A DNA stretch of 64,000 nt from a virus: the IMG/VR virus record IMGVR_UViG_3300042868_005641, positions 1 to 64,000 of that record. One strand, written 5' to 3'. Made by a program: the position numbers and the translations under genes. The notes below the pieces were generated by a model, which worked only from the letters and a program-made list of their open reading frames with translations, was not told where the DNA came from and ran no database searches. Below are positions 29,842 to 39,135 of this stretch, piece by piece. The stretch's first letter is position 1. Every line of letters begins with the position of its first letter.

Positions 29842-30273
29842 ATGGCAGGATTTACAAAAACAAACGGAACTACCCAACCGGTATTCCACATGGACACTGC
29901 GAATGGTAACATTCAAGGTACAGCTAACATTGCAGCTACAGGCTCAGTTAACTTCCAAGGCCCTAAGCTGGACTTCTTCAGCTTGGTAGCTAACGGTGCG
30001 TTAACAACTTCCGCTAATGTCAATGGCTACATCAACAACCTGATGCAAGCTATTCAGACCAAAGCCACAGTGGCCATGTATCAGGTCAGCCCAGCAGCAC
30101 CTACAGTGTTGAACTTGGCTGTGTATCCTACAGGCGCTTACACCAACGTTACATTGCTGGCTACTGCTAACACCAGTGCTACTGTAGCGTCTGGTGGTCA
30201 GAACCTGGAACTGAGCTCATGCGCAGGTAATGCTGTGTTTGTGACCAGCGCAACCAACTTTGCTCCAACCTAA
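29842..30273 (+). CDS. Probable virion structural protein
   Basis: TAAATA at 29797, strong AGGAG RBS, own terminator, Ala/Thr/Asn-rich. Confidence 0.6.
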   Translation: MAGFTKTNGTTQPVFHMDTANGNIQGTANIAATGSVNFQGPKLDFFSLVANGALTTSANVNGYINNLMQAIQTKATVAMYQVSPAAPTVLNLAVYPTGAYTNVTLLATANTSATVASGGQNLELSSCAGNAVFVTSATNFAPT

Positions 30274-30294
30274 TTCTAGGCTGTAGTACAGAAC

Positions 30295-30328
30295 AAAAGC
30301 CTTGGATTAATTTCCAAGGCTTTTTTTT
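30295..30328 (+). terminator. Rho-independent terminator
   Basis: AAAAGCCTTGGA-TTAATT-TCCAAGGCTTTT, ending in a T8 run. Confidence 0.85.
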
Positions 30329-30343
30329 GGCCGTAAATACCAT

Positions 30344-30754
30344 ATGACAATGAGTATACAAATAACCACAGACTTTGATTGCAGACCCACTGGAGTTACT
30401 GGACATCTACGAGAAAACTTGCTGCCGTTTACGGATCAGCTAGGGCAGCAAGTGACAGATATCTCTAGTTGGGTACGCAGTCGCAACCAACAACGCAACT
30501 GGGAAACCATCATGCAGTTAATCGGCCTCTACACACAACCGGTAAGAGTTTCTCGTGTACGGGCCAAAGACCAACGTTGGCAATTTGAATTTGACACAGA
30601 GTTTGATGATGTATTTGCAGTTGACAATGATCCTGTAGGAAGACTACTGCAAGCATGCGATGGCGTACCTATTATCAACTATGTTGAACAGCAGTTAACT
30701 ACACTATTGCGTCCAGATGTTAACATTTGGTTTGAACCATTAAACCATAAATAA
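30344..30754 (+). CDS. Hypothetical late protein
   Basis: TAAATA 4 nt upstream of ATG. Confidence 0.6.
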   Translation: MTMSIQITTDFDCRPTGVTGHLRENLLPFTDQLGQQVTDISSWVRSRNQQRNWETIMQLIGLYTQPVRVSRVRAKDQRWQFEFDTEFDDVFAVDNDPVGRLLQACDGVPIINYVEQQLTTLLRPDVNIWFEPLNHK

Positions 30755-30757
30755 CTC

Positions 30758-31018
30758 ATGGACACTACAGATATTGAAAAGAAAAGTTTAGAGGCCCACG
30801 TTGAGCTTTGTGCCGAACGTTATCGTATGTTGGAACTCAAGATTGAAACTGTTGAGTCCGGCATTGACTCAGTAAAAACCATGGTGGAGTCAGTGCATGA
30901 TATGGTGCATACCATGTCAGCCAAACGCAATGATCAATTGATTGGCTGGGGTATTGGCGTTATTGGGTTTCTTGTGGCCACTGTGGGGTGGATGCTAAAA
31001 CACTACGTATTACAATGA
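30758..31018 (+). CDS. Small coiled-coil protein with C-terminal transmembrane helix
   Basis: LIGWGIGVIGFLVATVGWML hydrophobic segment; TAAATA upstream. Confidence 0.6.
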   Translation: MDTTDIEKKSLEAHVELCAERYRMLELKIETVESGIDSVKTMVESVHDMVHTMSAKRNDQLIGWGIGVIGFLVATVGWMLKHYVLQ

Positions 31019-31506
31019 AAGCCAGTCGTAAATTGGCTGCATTGGCGGCAAAAGAGCTGCCGCTGCTTCTAGACAAAGTGATCATAGAAGATGGCAAGAA
31101 GTATCGAGCATTTGGCAAATACACTATACAACCTATTCCTGCAGGATTTCAAGTTCGCCTGCGTGATGATGACATTGGTACATTTTCGGGTACCAAATCT
31201 GCACTGGCTTGGTGCATAGCAGATAATCTAAATCATCTCAACTTGGCTAGACAAATAAAAGAATTAGACCAATCTATCATTAGATTGCGCAATGACATAT
31301 ATGTACGTCGTGCATTAGCTGATCGCACAGCAGGACACACATGGGAAAACTTGATTAACAAAACAAGTGCTAGGCAAGAACATACTCAGGTCCTAGAAAA
31401 AGAACTAGCAAAATGTATAAATTTGGCTAAATACTGGCAACTACGAGGAAACTCAGATGAAACTAAACGAACTGGCCGTAACACGCCCCACACGACAAAT
31501 CGCTAA
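31015..31506 (+). CDS. Hypothetical protein
   Basis: ATGA overlap with the previous gene. Confidence 0.55.
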   Translation: MKASRKLAALAAKELPLLLDKVIIEDGKKYRAFGKYTIQPIPAGFQVRLRDDDIGTFSGTKSALAWCIADNLNHLNLARQIKELDQSIIRLRNDIYVRRALADRTAGHTWENLINKTSARQEHTQVLEKELAKCINLAKYWQLRGNSDETKRTGRNTPHTTNR

Positions 31507-32359
31507 AGTATTTGAAAGTCACTTTGACAAATCAGTCAAATTTGATACTTTGAATCGCAAACAATTACACAGCATGTATCGCCAGGTGCGCGGCATGCTG
31601 GGCGAAGTGCGCAGCAGCCCTGCTCGCCATACTAGCGAAAAGAATCCAGCTTATCTCAAGCTCATGATGATGGAACAAGCACTTGCTGATCGTATCTATG
31701 AAGCAGAGATGGGTGCCACAGGCGGCGTGGCCCCTACTACTCCTGGTGCAACTCCTCAACAAGCTGCTGCCATGGCTGTGAAGCAAAAAATGGATCAGAA
31801 GAAGCAGGTGCAACAAGAACTGGACAATGCAAAGAAACAAGTTACAGATTTGCAAAATCAACTCAACAGTCTTAACACTACTACTACAGTTCAAGAAACT
31901 GAACTTCGATTACGTGCGCAAGGATACGGTTATTATCTCAGCGAAGGCGAAGTACAACAAGCTCAAGTGGTGTTAGCTGCACAAGACATGGTTGACAAGA
32001 TGCAGGATATGATCGAAGACAGCACAGAAATGCAGTTCAAAGAACTTCCAGCATTAGTTGATTCAATTAAGAACCAAATTGGGCCTGATCAAGCAGCACA
32101 GTTCAATAATGATGCACAAGCAGCATTAAGTGGGTTAGTGCAGAATTTGCAAGGCAGCAAGCAACAGCTAGAACAAGCATTAGGTGTTGTAACTGGACAA
32201 GGTCCTGTAGCAATGCCAGGTGCAGATACAGGTATGACACCTCCAGGTGGTGATATGGGATTAGCAGGTCCTCCTCCAGGCGAAGAAGAAATTGAAATCA
32301 GTGCCGAAGAACCAGCAATTGGTGGGCCAGCAGCCGCATTGGGTCGTGAGCGTAGATAA
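31457..32359 (+). CDS. Probable head/scaffold-associated coiled-coil protein
   Basis: TAAATA at 31428, GAGG RBS, MKLNE start, Gln-rich coiled coils, Pro/Gly tail ending LGRERR. Confidence 0.5.
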   Translation: MKLNELAVTRPTRQIAKVFESHFDKSVKFDTLNRKQLHSMYRQVRGMLGEVRSSPARHTSEKNPAYLKLMMMEQALADRIYEAEMGATGGVAPTTPGATPQQAAAMAVKQKMDQKKQVQQELDNAKKQVTDLQNQLNSLNTTTTVQETELRLRAQGYGYYLSEGEVQQAQVVLAAQDMVDKMQDMIEDSTEMQFKELPALVDSIKNQIGPDQAAQFNNDAQAALSGLVQNLQGSKQQLEQALGVVTGQGPVAMPGADTGMTPPGGDMGLAGPPPGEEEIEISAEEPAIGGPAAALGRERR

Positions 32360-32706
32360 TGCGAATCAATGAAGTAGAAGCAGACGCTACCACAGACAAA
32401 CTCATGGCATTGGCCAGGTTTGCTGTGGGTAGAGCACAGGATACTTCAGCCAAGATGCAAATGCCGGTGCAGGCGTTTATCAATCGAGCACAAAGTATGG
32501 GCATAGATATCACTCCAGACACTTTGCAAACATTAGTTGGCCAACCACCACTAAGTGGGTTAATTGAACCCATGAGCCCAAACGCTACAGAACTAACATT
32601 CAAAGGTGGTGATCAACCCGGCCCAGTCACAATGCCAGTGAATCAAGCACAGGATATTGTGGCATCTGCTGCACAGTCAGCAATGAGAAAAGACCGCGGC
32701 ATTTAA
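32359..32706 (+). CDS. Hypothetical late protein
   Basis: MRINE N-terminus; TAATG coupling to the previous gene. Confidence 0.55.
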   Translation: MRINEVEADATTDKLMALARFAVGRAQDTSAKMQMPVQAFINRAQSMGIDITPDTLQTLVGQPPLSGLIEPMSPNATELTFKGGDQPGPVTMPVNQAQDIVASAAQSAMRKDRGI

Positions 32707-32743
32707 ACCTGCACAGACTGGTGCGCCTATCATAAATACTTGT

Positions 32744-33340
32744 ATGAAAAACAAGTATGGTATACAAAAAATATGTTTATTCTGCGGTAACAAATTTATT
32801 ACTAAGCCGCGGTTACTTGAATATTGTTCTCAACCGTGTAAAAATCCACATAACAGACCAGGCCACATTCCATGGAACAAGGGTGTTAAACTCAATGATG
32901 ACCAAAAAGCAAAACAAAACACATCGGGGCTTGCTAAAGGACATGGGTGGAACAAAGGTATTCCAAATGAAAGACAACGAGAAAAGTGGTTAATTGATAA
33001 TCCTAACAAAAATGGTAAACTGAATAATCTCAGACCTAAAAACTATGTAGATGATAATTTCACTGCATACAAAAGAGAATGCCAGAAAGCAACTTATAGA
33101 ACTGTGTATGCTATGAAAAAAGAAGGAACAGCTAAAATAACTGGAAAAAGGAAAACTGATTATCAACTTGATCATATCATTCCTTACAGGCAAGGATACA
33201 CATTAGGTATAGATCCTACCGTAATTGGAGGAAGGAAAAATTTAAGGTATATACTAGGAGAAGAGAATAGATCCAAATGGGATTATTTTCAATCTGACGA
33301 TGTAGTAAAATCTATAATAGGAGATAAGTATGGCGTATAG
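32744..33340 (+). mobile_element. Free-standing HNH-type homing endonuclease
   Basis: CLFC...YCSQPC, PWNKG/GWNKG repeats, YQLDHIIP...NLRYI...ENRSK; visibly AT-rich. Confidence 0.75.
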
Positions 33341-33716
33341 TGAAGCTGTTCTCGATCATTATAATAATCCAAGAAATGTTGGATCTTATAAAAAAGACGA
33401 AGAGGGAGTCGGGATAGGACTCGTTGGAGCACCAAGTTGCGGTGATGTTTTGCAATTGAGCATAAAAGTAACTGATGGAATTATCACAGATGCAAGATTT
33501 AAAACGTATGGTTGCGGAAGCGCGATTGCGTCGAGCTCGCTTGTTACTGAATGGGTCAAAGGACGGACACTTGACGAAGCGGCAGCGATTAAAAATAGCG
33601 AGATTGCTTCTGAACTTGCCCTCCCCCCAGTTAAAATTCATTGTTCAATACTTGCAGAAGATGCGATCAAAGCAGCAGTAATGGATTACAAGAGCCGACA
33701 TGATCTCATTAACTGA
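33330..33716 (+). CDS. iscU: Fe-S cluster scaffold IscU
   Basis: YS..VLDHY.NPRNVG, GAPSCGDV, FKTYGCGSAIASSS, LPPVKIHCS. Confidence 0.95.
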   Translation: MAYSEAVLDHYNNPRNVGSYKKDEEGVGIGLVGAPSCGDVLQLSIKVTDGIITDARFKTYGCGSAIASSSLVTEWVKGRTLDEAAAIKNSEIASELALPPVKIHCSILAEDAIKAAVMDYKSRHDLIN

Positions 33717-34020
33717 CACTGCTGCTCGAAAAATAACTCAAACTATTCAACGTCGGGGTCGCGGAATTGGTATCCGGGTAGGGGTCAAAACAACAGGTTG
33801 CTCTGGGCTTGCTTATGTGTTAGAATATGTAGACACTGTGCAACCGGACGATATCTGTATCGATTGCAACAACTGTAAATTGTTTGTTGACCCCAAAAGC
33901 TGTGCATATCTGCAAGGACTTGAAGTAGACTACACTAGGCAAGGGCTCAATGAGGGATTTCAGTTCAACAACCCCAATGAACGTGACCGATGCGGTTGCG
34001 GAGAAAGTTTTAGAGTTTAA
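33700..34020 (+). CDS. iscA: Fe-S cluster A-type carrier IscA
   Basis: GCSGLAY, F.FNNPN, CGCGESF. Confidence 0.95.
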   Translation: MISLTDTAARKITQTIQRRGRGIGIRVGVKTTGCSGLAYVLEYVDTVQPDDICIDCNNCKLFVDPKSCAYLQGLEVDYTRQGLNEGFQFNNPNERDRCGCGESFRV

Positions 34021-34021
34021 T

Positions 34022-34738
34022 TTGTACAATCCAAAATTTGATTACCAAGAAATACCCAGAGTCACAATAGACGGCAAACGCTTTTATGCCACACCTGATG
34101 GAAACAAGTTACCGTCAGTGACTACTATTCTTGACAAAACCAAAAGTGAAGAAAGCAAGGCTGCACTTCACAATTGGAGGCGTGCAGTTGGAGCCGAGAA
34201 AGCACAGCAGATCACCACAGAAGCTGCCAATCGTGGCACACGTATGCACACATATCTTGAAGACTATGTGAAAAAAGGCTCAATCAAAGAACGTGGTACT
34301 AATCCATTTTCGTGGAGCAGTCACGAAATGGCCAAGACCGTAATACGTGATGGGTTGAAACATGTGAATGAATTTTGGGGTATTGAAGTTCCGCTATACT
34401 TTCCCAAAATATATGCAGGTACTACAGACGGTGCAGGATTACATCTAAATGAAGAATCTATCCTGGATTACAAACAATCTAACAAGCCAAAAAAGCGTGA
34501 ATGGATTGATGATTACTTTGTTCAATTGTGTGCGTATGCCGAAGCTCACAACGAATTGCATGGTACCAAGATACGCAAGGGAGTGATCCTAATGTGTGTT
34601 AAGCCCGAACTTGATGCCAATCACAATATCATTAGCAAGCCGCAATACCAGGAATTTGTGTTAGAAGGCGCTGAGTACGATCGTTATCGTGACTTGTGGT
34701 GGCGCAAAGTAGAAGAATACTACACCAAACACATTTAG
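34022..34738 (+). CDS. PD-(D/E)xK exonuclease (phage exonuclease A/lambda-exo-like)
   Basis: LPSVTTIL, RGTRMH, YAGTTD, ILDYKQS, QLCAY; probable TTG start at 34022. Confidence 0.85.
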   Translation: MYNPKFDYQEIPRVTIDGKRFYATPDGNKLPSVTTILDKTKSEESKAALHNWRRAVGAEKAQQITTEAANRGTRMHTYLEDYVKKGSIKERGTNPFSWSSHEMAKTVIRDGLKHVNEFWGIEVPLYFPKIYAGTTDGAGLHLNEESILDYKQSNKPKKREWIDDYFVQLCAYAEAHNELHGTKIRKGVILMCVKPELDANHNIISKPQYQEFVLEGAEYDRYRDLWWRKVEEYYTKHI

Positions 34739-34746
34739 TTGCCTGA

Positions 34747-34779
34747 CTGATTCTGGCTAAATACAGCACAGAATCAGGA
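34747..34779 (+). promoter_or_regulatory. Late promoter inside an RBS-sequestering hairpin
   Basis: CTGATTCTG / CAGAATCAG 9-bp inverted repeat; TAAATA in the loop; 3' arm overlaps the AGGA RBS. Confidence 0.7.
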
Positions 34780-34784
34780 CTCAC

Positions 34785-36371
34785 ATGGCAATAGTTCAAG
34801 TATCACGAATAACAAACCGTAAAGGTCTAGCAGAAAATCTGCCGCAATTAGCTGGCGCAGAATTAGGCTGGGCAATCGACGAACGTCGACTATACATCGG
34901 CAATGGAACCTTGCAAGATGGCGCACCTGTAATAGGCAATACAGAAATACTCACTGAATACAGTGATATATTGCTAGTAGGCGGCGCATACACTTACAAG
35001 GGCACCGCAGCTGGATATACAGTACAAACAGGATCGTCGTCGGGCAGTCCGATTAGCATTCCACTGCAAAGCTGGTTAGATCAATTTGCCAGTGTGCTGA
35101 GCTTTGGTGCCGTGGGCGATGGTGTTACTGATGACACCGATGCTATCAATCGTGCATTGTATGAATTATATTGCAGAGAACCAAATCCACAAATACGTAG
35201 ATCATTGTTCTTTCCAGCTGGACGTTACTTGATTACTAGTTCACTTGAAATTCCGCCATATGCATTGTTATATGGTGAGGGAATTAACTCCAGCGTGATT
35301 GTGTTGGATGCAACTAGTGCCAGTCAATATGTGGCTGTGTACAGTGACAGCTTGCAGCAAACTGGAGTAAACATTGGTAACAATGGTGCCACACCTCCAG
35401 TTGATATCACAATCTCTAACATGGGGTTTCAGGCACTGGGGTTGGCAGACGTATTTTTGGTCGAAGATGCAAGCCAGTGTACATTCACAGATGTAAGTTT
35501 TTTAGGATCTCTTGTTGAAGCCGATCTAACAGATGCAATTGACAATGTAGCATGTATACATTTTAAGTCTACTGCAAGTTTGATCTGTAACAATATCACC
35601 TTTCGTCGATGCACATTTGGTGGTACTACCTGGGCATTTGAAACCCCCAATCAAGTACAAGGGGTATTGGTTACAGAAAGCACATTTGATACACATTATC
35701 AAGGTGTATTGCTAGGTGATCCAACACCAGTGAACGGTGGTCCTACTGGATTCCGTTTCTTGGGTAATGTGTTTGATAACATCTATGCCGAAGGCATCTT
35801 AATTGCTGCCAACACTGTAATGAATATTAGTGGTTACAATATGTTTTATGATGTGGGAAATCATTTTGATGGAACTACATCGCCGGCCACAGCAGTAATT
35901 AATTTTGTAGGGCAAAACAATGTCAGCGTTGGTGACATGTTCCAACGTACCACAATTTACGCTGGCACCTATCCTCGTATCAACATTAACAACGGTATCA
36001 ACATAGCATTTGATGCTGCCAGTCAAACACAACAAGGTACGTATGTACGGCAAACCGGTGCTACAGGAACATTACTTGACAACACAGCCGATCAAACTAT
36101 CTTGACATTTAATGCCACAGCAATTAGAGCAGTGCAGATCAACTATACCATAGTACGAGATGTTAATACCAGAACTGGAGTTTATACCATTGTAGCCGGC
36201 ACCGACAGTGCAGGTACAAATATACAAGGATCAGACTCTGGTGTGCAAAATGTAGCACCCGGTGTTACTTTCAGTGTCAGCGAAACTGCTGGTATTGTGA
36301 GTTGGAAAGCTACTACCACTAACACTGGTGTTGCGGCTACTATTAACTATTCAGTAACCAAACTTGCTTGA
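34785..36371 (+). CDS. Tail fibre/spike protein with pectate-lyase-like beta-helix
   Basis: N-terminal RKG...LAGAELGW..D.RRLYIGNG anchor-type motif; FGAVGDGVTDDTDAINRA and FFPAGRY. Confidence 0.75.
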   Translation: MAIVQVSRITNRKGLAENLPQLAGAELGWAIDERRLYIGNGTLQDGAPVIGNTEILTEYSDILLVGGAYTYKGTAAGYTVQTGSSSGSPISIPLQSWLDQFASVLSFGAVGDGVTDDTDAINRALYELYCREPNPQIRRSLFFPAGRYLITSSLEIPPYALLYGEGINSSVIVLDATSASQYVAVYSDSLQQTGVNIGNNGATPPVDITISNMGFQALGLADVFLVEDASQCTFTDVSFLGSLVEADLTDAIDNVACIHFKSTASLICNNITFRRCTFGGTTWAFETPNQVQGVLVTESTFDTHYQGVLLGDPTPVNGGPTGFRFLGNVFDNIYAEGILIAANTVMNISGYNMFYDVGNHFDGTTSPATAVINFVGQNNVSVGDMFQRTTIYAGTYPRININNGINIAFDAASQTQQGTYVRQTGATGTLLDNTADQTILTFNATAIRAVQINYTIVRDVNTRTGVYTIVAGTDSAGTNIQGSDSGVQNVAPGVTFSVSETAGIVSWKATTTNTGVAATINYSVTKLA

Positions 36372-36790
36372 TGTGGTGTTCAACCTTTGAACAACGCTTG
36401 GCAGCGTGGAATTCGTTAAGAGACCGCGCCCGCATGTTGCCCAAGCCAGATGCCCTAGGCGCGATCAATTCCTGGTGGCAGCAAACTCCCTGGCGTGCAT
36501 ATCATCTACACTGGGACGATCAACCTGATTGGCCCGATCCCTGGCAACTTTTGAGCGACAACATCTATTGTGATCTTGCTCGCGGGCTTGGAATCCTGTA
36601 TACTATTACTGTGTTGGATCGTGATGATCTCCAGGACGCTGTGCTGGTTGATTCTGATCAGGGCAATTTAGTCCTGGTAGAGGATGGAAAATATATATTG
36701 AATTGGGACCAGTCTCTAGGGTTAAATATCAACCTACAGCAGAACAAACATCACATTGCGCAGAGCGATGTAAAACAACAACTATATTGA
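36371..36790 (+). CDS. Hypothetical protein
   Basis: Trp-rich ORF coupled to the tail gene (TGATG). Confidence 0.55.
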   Translation: MWCSTFEQRLAAWNSLRDRARMLPKPDALGAINSWWQQTPWRAYHLHWDDQPDWPDPWQLLSDNIYCDLARGLGILYTITVLDRDDLQDAVLVDSDQGNLVLVEDGKYILNWDQSLGLNINLQQNKHHIAQSDVKQQLY

Positions 36791-36794
36791 GTAT

Positions 36795-39116
36795 ATGACA
36801 CAAATCACAGTTATTAAACGTAACGGAAGAAAAGAACAATTGAGCCTGGAAAAGTGGCAAACCCAAATTGCCAAAGTTTGTTCGGGCATTGCAGACGTAA
36901 GTCAAAGCATGGTAGAGATCAAAGCACAGATGCACTTTTATGATGGCATCACTACTAAAGAGATCGATGGTATCACACTACGAGCCATTGTAGACTTGAT
37001 TGACATAGAACACAATCCAGATGTTGGACATACCAACTATCAATACGTGGCAGGCAAGCAACGTCTTAGCATGCTGCGAAAAGATGTTTATGGATCCTAT
37101 GAGCCTCCCCACCTGTATGAGATTGTGAAGAAAAACGTGGCCACTGGCTTGTACACTCCAGAACTGCTGGAATGGTATGACGAAGCTGACTGGAACCGTA
37201 TGCAAGATATGATAGATCATTCTAAGGACGAACAATACGGCTATGCTGCAATTGAACAATTGATTGAAAAATATCTAGTAAAGAATCGTGCCACAAAGGA
37301 AACTTATGAAACTCCCCAAGTTCGTTACATGGTTGCAGCAGCTACAGTTTTTCACTCGGAAGACCCCAACACAGCCAGAATGCGATACATCAAAGAATAC
37401 TATAACGCGGCTAGCGATGGCTTGTTTACTCTTGCAACTCCTGTTTTGGCCGGCCTTGGTACTCCAACAAAGCAATTTAGTTCTTGTGTGCTTATTCGCT
37501 CAGATGATGATCTTGATTCTATATTTGCGTCTGGGGAAATGATGGCAAAGTATGCCAGCAAACGTGCTGGCATCGGTCTTGAGATAGGTCGACTGCGACC
37601 GTTGGGTAGCCCCATTCGTGGTGGCGAAATCATGCACACTGGCATGATACCATTTTTAAAGAAATGGTTCGGCGACTTGCGTAGTTGCTCACAAGGAGGA
37701 ATTCGTAATGCTTCTGCTACTGTGTTTTATCCCATTTGGCATCATCAGTTTGATGATCTTATTGTTCTTAAGAATAACCAAGGAACAGAAGAAACTCGGG
37801 TTCGACATATGGACTATGGAGTGGTACTTTCTGCCTTCTTCTGGAGAAGATTTAAAAACAAAGAAGACATAACATTCTTTGATCCAAACGAAGTTCCAGA
37901 TCTATACGAAGCATTTTACAAAAACACCCAACGGTTTGAAGAACTGTATGTGAAGTATGAAAAGCGTAAGGATCTTCGCAAGAAGACCATGAGCGCGGAA
38001 GAAGTATTCAAATCAGGCATACTAAAAGAACGCACAGATACAGGTCGTATCTATCTAGTGTTCATCGACAATGTGATGAACCAAGGACCATTTGATCCTG
38101 AGTATCACACCATCTACCAGAGTAACTTATGTTGTGAAATCCTTTTACCTACTAAGAGTTTTAAACGACTTGATGATGCTGATGGTCGAATTGCTCTTTG
38201 TACGCTGGGATCAATTAACTGGGGTGCGTTCCGCAATCCAGAAGACATGCGTCGTGCTTGCCGTATTCTACATCGCAGTCTTAATAACATTTTGGATTAC
38301 CAAGACTTCCTGAGTATTCAATCTAAACTAAGCAACGATGAAATCCGTCCATTGGGTATTGGTATCACTAACCTAGCATACTGGCATGCCAAACGCAACT
38401 TGAAGTATGGTGAAAAGGATGCTCTACACGAAGTCAAAGCATGGAGTGAACACCAAGCATTTTATCTAACTGAAGCCAGTGTTGAACTTGCCAAAGAACG
38501 CGGCAAGTGCCTAGGCAGTGATCACACACGTTATGGACAAGGTGTATTTCCGTGGGAACTCCGTGCCAATGGCGTTAATGAGCTTGCAGACTTTACGCCT
38601 GAACTTGATTGGGGAACTTTACGAGCTCAAATGAAAGAACACGGTGTTCGTAATGCTACACAAATGGCAGTTGCTCCTGTTGAATCAAGCAGTGTTGTTA
38701 TTAACAGCACCAATGGTATTGAAATGCCCATGAGTTTGATCAGTGTAAAAGAATCCAAAGCAGGATCATTTGTACAAGTTGTTCCTGAATATCACAAACT
38801 AAAGAACAAGTATCAATTGATGTGGGAACAAAAAGATTGTGATGGTTATCTAAAAACAGCCGCAGTGATTGCAGCGTATGTTGATCAATCAATCAGTACC
38901 AATACATTCTACAATCCTGCACATTTCCCAGATCGTAAAGTTCCTACCACGTTGATTGCTAAAAATCTAATGCAATCACATGCGTGGGGCCTCAAGACCT
39001 TTTATTATAGCCTCGTGAATAAACAGGGTTCAAAAGCAGATGCAGAAGAAGCACCTGCCATGTTAGAAGCTATTGATTTTGACAACGAAGAAGATTGCGA
39101 AAGCTGCAAACTTTAA
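36795..39116 (+). CDS. nrdA: Ribonucleotide reductase class Ia alpha subunit
   Basis: ATP cone VIKRNG, ATPVL, QFSSC, SNLCCEI, APVESSS, KTFYY, C-terminal CESC. Confidence 0.97.
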   Translation: MTQITVIKRNGRKEQLSLEKWQTQIAKVCSGIADVSQSMVEIKAQMHFYDGITTKEIDGITLRAIVDLIDIEHNPDVGHTNYQYVAGKQRLSMLRKDVYGSYEPPHLYEIVKKNVATGLYTPELLEWYDEADWNRMQDMIDHSKDEQYGYAAIEQLIEKYLVKNRATKETYETPQVRYMVAAATVFHSEDPNTARMRYIKEYYNAASDGLFTLATPVLAGLGTPTKQFSSCVLIRSDDDLDSIFASGEMMAKYASKRAGIGLEIGRLRPLGSPIRGGEIMHTGMIPFLKKWFGDLRSCSQGGIRNASATVFYPIWHHQFDDLIVLKNNQGTEETRVRHMDYGVVLSAFFWRRFKNKEDITFFDPNEVPDLYEAFYKNTQRFEELYVKYEKRKDLRKKTMSAEEVFKSGILKERTDTGRIYLVFIDNVMNQGPFDPEYHTIYQSNLCCEILLPTKSFKRLDDADGRIALCTLGSINWGAFRNPEDMRRACRILHRSLNNILDYQDFLSIQSKLSNDEIRPLGIGITNLAYWHAKRNLKYGEKDALHEVKAWSEHQAFYLTEASVELAKERGKCLGSDHTRYGQGVFPWELRANGVNELADFTPELDWGTLRAQMKEHGVRNATQMAVAPVESSSVVINSTNGIEMPMSLISVKESKAGSFVQVVPEYHKLKNKYQLMWEQKDCDGYLKTAAVIAAYVDQSISTNTFYNPAHFPDRKVPTTLIAKNLMQSHAWGLKTFYYSLVNKQGSKADAEEAPAMLEAIDFDNEEDCESCKL

Positions 39117-39135
39117 TAACAACAGAAATATAAAA

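Noticed and set aside
34022-34738. Cas4
   Set aside because: It lacks the four-cysteine Fe-S pattern; a generic phage PD-(D/E)xK exonuclease fits better.
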